DNA of 64,000 bases, taken from positions 288,001 to 352,000 of the forward strand of contig JBMFRB010000001.1 in the NCBI GenBank assembly GCA_049968255.1, read 5' to 3'. How positions within the stretch are numbered: the first letter of the stretch is position 1; each line of letters begins with the position of its first letter. Shown in pieces: positions 59,636-64,000 of the stretch. Under the pieces are notes generated by a model that ran no database searches, was not told the DNA's origin, and saw nothing but the letters and a program-made list of their open reading frames with translations. The DNA comes from Candidatus Sumerlaeaceae bacterium. GTDB taxonomy: Bacteria; Sumerlaeota; Sumerlaeia; Sumerlaeales; Sumerlaeaceae. Made by a program: the position numbers and the translations under genes.

Positions 59636-59880
59636 GCACTAGCCTCAATTTCCATGCGTCGCAGGAATGGGAAGCGACGTCACGGGCAAAAAACTACACC
59701 CGCCGTTGTTTTTGCCGCTCCTGGTCTTTTATTCGCCCCTGCGGGGGTATCTCCGAGCTTTGATCGCTGATTTCGGCAGGGCTCGTTTTTACGCAGGCAG
59801 GCACAGCCGTCGGTGCGTCGCCTTGTGCGGGGTCGAAGCTTACTCCTGAGCAAGGACGTCGGTCTGACGGGGATGGCACA

Positions 59881-59919
59881 AGAACAAGAAACGGTGAAGG
59901 AGCGGAGGCTCCTTCACCG
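59881..59919 (-). terminator. Terminator after hup
   Basis: 12-bp perfect stem CGGTGAAGGAGC-GGAG-GCTCCTTCACCG followed by TTTCTTGTTCT on the minus strand. Confidence 0.85.
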
Positions 59920-59942
59920 GTGTAGGAAAGCGAGCACAGAGC

Positions 59943-60221
59943 TTACAGCATCTCTTTAAAGCTCGAAGCCGGCTTGAACGAAACGGTCTTACTGGCTTTG
60001 ATTTTGATTTCTTCGCCAGTTTGGGGATTGCGACCAGTGCGGGCCTTACGTGTTTTCACACTGAAGGTTCCGAAGCCAGGCATTTGGAACTTCTTCTCCT
60101 TCTTAACGGCCTTCATGATCTCATCGAAAGCGGCCTCGATGATGTCCTTTACCGCTGCCTTGCTCAACTCATGCTTGACGCACTTCTTGGCTACGGCGTC
60201 GATGAGTTCCTGCTTCTTCAT
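59943..60221 (-). CDS. hup: DNA-binding protein HU
   Basis: MKKQELIDAVA, GFGTF, RKARTGRNPQTG, FKP; AAGGAG RBS before ATG 60221. Confidence 0.95.
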   Translation of the reverse strand: MKKQELIDAVAKKCVKHELSKAAVKDIIEAAFDEIMKAVKKEKKFQMPGFGTFSVKTRKARTGRNPQTGEEIKIKASKTVSFKPASSFKEML

Positions 60222-60329
60222 AACGACTCCTTTCCTCAAGACTGAGCTTGGGTGGTCGAATGCTCGACCACTTCTATGGTTCGTACTTTTGCGGATTAGA
60301 GTGAGAACGTCAGATCGGTCAACCGAAAA

Positions 60330-61169
60330 GTGCCAGAGCATGCAAAAAAACTTACGGGTGCACCAGCCTCAGAAAACGCAAAACTTCGGCTAGATGCGTT
60401 AGTTGTGGAGCGGGGTCTGGCCGAAAGCCGGGAACAGGCCCAGCGGCTTATCATGGCTGGGCGCCTTGTCCACCCCCTAGGCAAGCCCCTGAAGCCAGGC
60501 ATGAAGGTCCCCAAGGATTTCCCCCTTGAGCTTTTAGAAGTGGAAAAATTCGTCAGCCGGGGCGGTTATAAGTTGGAGGCTGCACTTGATCGCTTCGGTA
60601 TTGTGGTACAAGGTCGGGTTTGCGCCGACGTTGGCGCTTCGACCGGCGGATTCACGGATTGCCTGCTACAGCGGGGAGCGAAGCTTGTCTATGCGGTGGA
60701 CGTCGGGGACTCGACACTCCACCGGCGATTGCGGGGGGATGGGCGCGTACGCGTGCTGGACCATACGAACGCGCGCCACCTGAACCCGGCGATTTTTACT
60801 GAGTTGCCTTCGTTTGTCGCCGTGGACGTTTCGTTTATATCTGTTACCAAGATCCTCCCAGCTGTGAGGCGCTGCGTCGCGGCGGAAGGACAATGTGTTG
60901 CTCTGATCAAGCCGCAGTTCGAAGCTACGCGTGAAGAAGTCTCGCGCGGACGTGGCGTGATTCGCGAGCCTGCAGTGCATAAAAGGATTTTGGAGCAGCT
61001 CCTCAGAGACATGCCGTTGCTGGGTTGGCACGCAGTCGGATTAATGGTCTCACCGATTCTTGGTGGGCAAGGCAACCGGGAATATCTCGCATGGCTCGAG
61101 CCAGGTAAGGGAACGGCGGAAGGAATTGACGTTGACCGCTTAGTGCATGAGGCATTCTTGATTCGGTGA
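60330..61169 (+). CDS. tlyA: TlyA-family rRNA 2'-O-methyltransferase
   Basis: S4 domain RLDALVVERGL; FVSRGGYKL, DVGASTGGFTDCLLQRGA, DVSFIS, LIKPQFE, GNREY. Confidence 0.95.
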   Translation: MPEHAKKLTGAPASENAKLRLDALVVERGLAESREQAQRLIMAGRLVHPLGKPLKPGMKVPKDFPLELLEVEKFVSRGGYKLEAALDRFGIVVQGRVCADVGASTGGFTDCLLQRGAKLVYAVDVGDSTLHRRLRGDGRVRVLDHTNARHLNPAIFTELPSFVAVDVSFISVTKILPAVRRCVAAEGQCVALIKPQFEATREEVSRGRGVIREPAVHKRILEQLLRDMPLLGWHAVGLMVSPILGGQGNREYLAWLEPGKGTAEGIDVDRLVHEAFLIR

Positions 61170-61195
61170 GCAAGACGTTGTCCGGGGAGAATTCG

Positions 61196-62122
61196 ATGAG
61201 TTCAGAAAAAATTGTGGTGATCGCCCATGCGTTGAAGTCCGAAGCATCCGCTGTGCTGCGAAACCTGCGTAAGTGGGCTGCAGGCAAGGGTTATGACGTC
61301 GTCACAAATCTTGCGGAAGGCATAGAGCCGGGAAGCAGCGCGAGCCGGACGCAAGATATGTTACTCCCTGACGAGGAGTTGACGCAACGTTTCCAGGGCG
61401 CGCGGTGTGCAATCACGCTGGGTGGTGATGGAACGCTTCTCTACGCAGCGCATCTCGTCGCCCCGCTTGGAATTCCCGTGTTGGCAGTGCATCTGGGCAG
61501 CCTTGGCTTTCATACGCAGGTTGAAACGGCGCGGTTGCACGCATGCCTGGACAGCTTTTTGCGCGGCGAGTGCCGAATTGAGCATCGCATGCTTCTGCAG
61601 GTCATTGTAGAGACAAACGGCGGAGCGGGCACGGCCGAGCATCGCCGGAGCGAATTGCTGGCCCTGAATGACGTCGTGGTTTCGAAGAGCGCCTGGGGAC
61701 GAATGGTTCATCTGCGGATTCACGTGGACGATCGGCCGGCGAGCGACCTTTATGCCGATGGTTTACTTATTGCGACGCCGACGGGCTCCTCCGCTTATAA
61801 TTATGCAGCGCGAGGCCCAGTGTTAGAACCGCGAATGGAGGCCATTGTGGTAAACGCCATATGCCCGCATCGCATCAATTTTTCCCCGGTGGTGCTGGAA
61901 AAGGATCACGTCATCAAGGTTGAGTTTCATCCGCGCAAGCCAAGCGAGGAAGCACAGCTTTTGGTGGACGGCCGTCCATGGGGCACCGTGAGTCACCTCG
62001 ACATTCTAAAGATTTGTAGGGCGCCAGTGTACCTTCGATTGGTTGTGTTCGAAGACCGATTCTTTGAGAAACTGCGCGAGAAACTTGCGTGGGGAGGCCT
62101 ATTCTGGAAAGCCGCTTCATGA
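61196..62122 (+). CDS. nadK: NAD kinase
   Basis: LGGDGTLL, GSLGF, ALNDVVV, ADGLLIATPTGSSAY, ICPH, VDG. Confidence 0.95.
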   Translation: MSSEKIVVIAHALKSEASAVLRNLRKWAAGKGYDVVTNLAEGIEPGSSASRTQDMLLPDEELTQRFQGARCAITLGGDGTLLYAAHLVAPLGIPVLAVHLGSLGFHTQVETARLHACLDSFLRGECRIEHRMLLQVIVETNGGAGTAEHRRSELLALNDVVVSKSAWGRMVHLRIHVDDRPASDLYADGLLIATPTGSSAYNYAARGPVLEPRMEAIVVNAICPHRINFSPVVLEKDHVIKVEFHPRKPSEEAQLLVDGRPWGTVSHLDILKICRAPVYLRLVVFEDRFFEKLREKLAWGGLFWKAAS

Positions 62123-64000
62123 AACTCATTTTCTCTCTTTGGTGCATAGCTTGGTTGGCGGCCAGCTGCGACGCGGCAATGGCTGCATCGCCAGAGGAAC
62201 TACTCAGCACGGCTACGGCGCGACGAACGGAGGCAACGACGCCAAGCTTCGACAAGAGTGGTATCGGAAATCTCCCTCATCCGCGCGCCGAATTCTCCTC
62301 GAGTTCGGTGCAGTTGGGCCGACGAGGCATTCAGATGCTCGAAGCCATTGGCTGGCTGCCAGACGATTTTTTTCTGTTCTTCGAGCGCCCCAATTACTCC
62401 CCTGAAGAACAAAAAACACTTTTAGTCCGGCGTCACTACTGGATGGGGCAATTCTTTCTCGAGCGCGACGAATATGCGCACGCTCAGGGGGAATTCCGTG
62501 CAGCGCTAGAACTCGATCCTTCAAACTTGCACGTGAAACTGGGACTTGCTGATGCACTAATTGGTGCGCAGCAATTTGACGAAGCCGAGAAAACACTCGA
62601 AGAAGCTCTGGCAACAAATCCCGATAACGAGCGCGTGCTGATCTTGCGCGCGCAGTTGTTTATAAGTCGTGCGGAAGCTGCAGGCTCGCGCAAGGATCAG
62701 GACAAGTGGCTCGACAAAGCTGTGGAAGCGCTTGAAAAGGCAAAGAGCGTTCAGCCACGTAATCTTGATGTGCTCAAGGAGCTCGTCGCTGTCTACACGG
62801 CCAAGCGCGATATTGATCGCCTCATTGGGACTTACCGTGAGATCATCACGGCGAACCCAAAAGATACCTACTCGCTATTTGTGTTAGCAAACTTGCTTGC
62901 GAAGCGGGGGCAACGCGAAGAGGCCGCGAAACTCTATGAGAAGGTGATTGAGCAGCGCCGCAGCTTCGTGAACGCTTACGTTTACCTTGGGCTGCTGCAG
63001 GAAGAGATGGGGCAAACGGCGCAGGCCATTGACACGTACAAGCGCGCATTATTAATTGATCCGAGGAACGTTCAACTTCAGCGAATATTTGAAGCGCTCC
63101 TTGTGCGGGCGACTCAGGGGAGGGGCGCAAGCAAGCTTCTGGAAGAGTACGAAAAATTCGCTAGGGAATATCCCTACTCGACCGACATTCAACTGCTCTA
63201 TGCCGATCACTTGCGACAGGAAAAACAGACAACGGCGGCGATTGCCCAGTACAGACGGGTGCTCGAGCTGGATCTCGAGAATGTAGATGCGCTGATCGCG
63301 CTGGCCAACCTTTTGGCGCAGAACGGCAACTACGACGAGGCAGGCGAGTATTACTCCCGTGCGATGGAGGTGGCTCCGGACCGCACCGAGATTTACGAGG
63401 CCATGGCCACGACATTTGCGAACGTTAAGGATCGGGGGCGCGCTATTGATGTCCTGAAGAAAGCTCTGCGCTTCAACCCCAAGATTCCCCTTCTTTACGT
63501 AAATGTCGCTTCTCTCTTGGAGCAAGAGAAGAAGATCGACGAAGCGAAGAAGATTCTGGAGGAGGGCATTCGCAAGGTGGGCGAGCGCCCGGAGTTTTAC
63601 GTGGCGCTTGGCGAGATTGCCGAACACCAAAAGAGCTATGAGGACGCCATAACATATTTTCAAAAGGCTTGCGAGCTTGATCCCACGAACCGCTTGCTCC
63701 TTGCGCGTTTTTTCAAATTGCTCGCGGACCAAAAGCGTTGGGACGATATCGAAGCACGAGCCCAGCAGCTCGTGGAAAAATTCGGCGATAAGGCAGAGCT
63801 CTTTAGCATTGTCGGCGAGACTTTTCTTTACGAGGGCGAACTAGACCGTGCGGCGCAGTGGTTCGAGAAAGCTCTTGCGGAAGCACCTGATCGCTTCCCG
63901 ATCTATGGACGCCTTGTGCAAATCTACAATGTGAGGGACGCCCACGAAAAGGCTTTTGCCATCATCGAGCGGGCCCAGAAGCGCTTTCCGGACAATCCTG
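62119..64000 (+). CDS. Long TPR-repeat exported protein (possible lipoprotein), runs off the window end
   Basis: Not in the ORF track because no stop lies in the window; ATGA overlap with nadK; MKLIFSLWCIAWLAASC lipobox-like start; repeated TPR motifs (ALELDP, ALATNP, ALLIDP, VLELD, ALRFNP). Confidence 0.85.
   Translation, partial: MKLIFSLWCIAWLAASCDAAMAASPEELLSTATARRTEATTPSFDKSGIGNLPHPRAEFSSSSVQLGRRGIQMLEAIGWLPDDFFLFFERPNYSPEEQKTLLVRRHYWMGQFFLERDEYAHAQGEFRAALELDPSNLHVKLGLADALIGAQQFDEAEKTLEEALATNPDNERVLILRAQLFISRAEAAGSRKDQDKWLDKAVEALEKAKSVQPRNLDVLKELVAVYTAKRDIDRLIGTYREIITANPKDTYSLFVLANLLAKRGQREEAAKLYEKVIEQRRSFVNAYVYLGLLQEEMGQTAQAIDTYKRALLIDPRNVQLQRIFEALLVRATQGRGASKLLEEYEKFAREYPYSTDIQLLYADHLRQEKQTTAAIAQYRRVLELDLENVDALIALANLLAQNGNYDEAGEYYSRAMEVAPDRTEIYEAMATTFANVKDRGRAIDVLKKALRFNPKIPLLYVNVASLLEQEKKIDEAKKILEEGIRKVGERPEFYVALGEIAEHQKSYEDAITYFQKACELDPTNRLLLARFFKLLADQKRWDDIEARAQQLVEKFGDKAELFSIVGETFLYEGELDRAAQWFEKALAEAPDRFPIYGRLVQIYNVRDAHEKAFAIIERAQKRFPDNP

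Noticed and set aside
59694-59879. 61-aa ORF upstream of dnaG (rpsU position)
   Set aside because: No resemblance to bS21 or any family I know; no clear RBS.
63052-63732. 226-aa minus-strand ORF
   Set aside because: Antisense shadow of the plus-strand TPR gene.

Overview
A 64-kb stretch of bacterial chromosome (GC in the mid-50s% by eye) from a diderm, LPS-making organism: it carries gmhB, a heptose adenylyltransferase and a GT9 heptosyltransferase. The gene style suggests a deep-branching lineage such as Sumerlaeota/BRC1, but that is an unverified impression. Most of the window is housekeeping genes in unusually scrambled order (asd, rplA, dapA, hisN, rpmE, recJ, pnp, rpsO, gyrB, trpS, hisF, trxA, hisA, rpoD, dnaG, hup, tlyA, nadK, tRNA-Lys, tRNA-Leu). 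I found no CRISPR array, integrase, transposase or prophage. The main candidates for novelty are: (1) two tandem secreted proteins with unrelated N-termini (a thermolysin-type M4 protease and a Cys/Asp repeat protein) that share a ~640-aa C-terminal cassette, including a ~447-aa domain I do not recognise; (2) a PorU/gingipain-like C25 peptidase with no visible T9SS tail, coupled to an LPS-kinase-like gene and divergent from a GT4, in an 8.8-kb block between dnaG and rpoD; together (1) and (2) could be a lineage-specific surface-display system; (3) a TsaC/YrdC t6A synthase fused to tandem Clp-N repeats and a possible degenerate TIR-like domain; (4) a 46-cysteine secreted repeat protein with a structured leader; (5) an orphan rplA that keeps its own L1-binding RNA element. 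All family calls come from reading motifs by eye, with no database searches.
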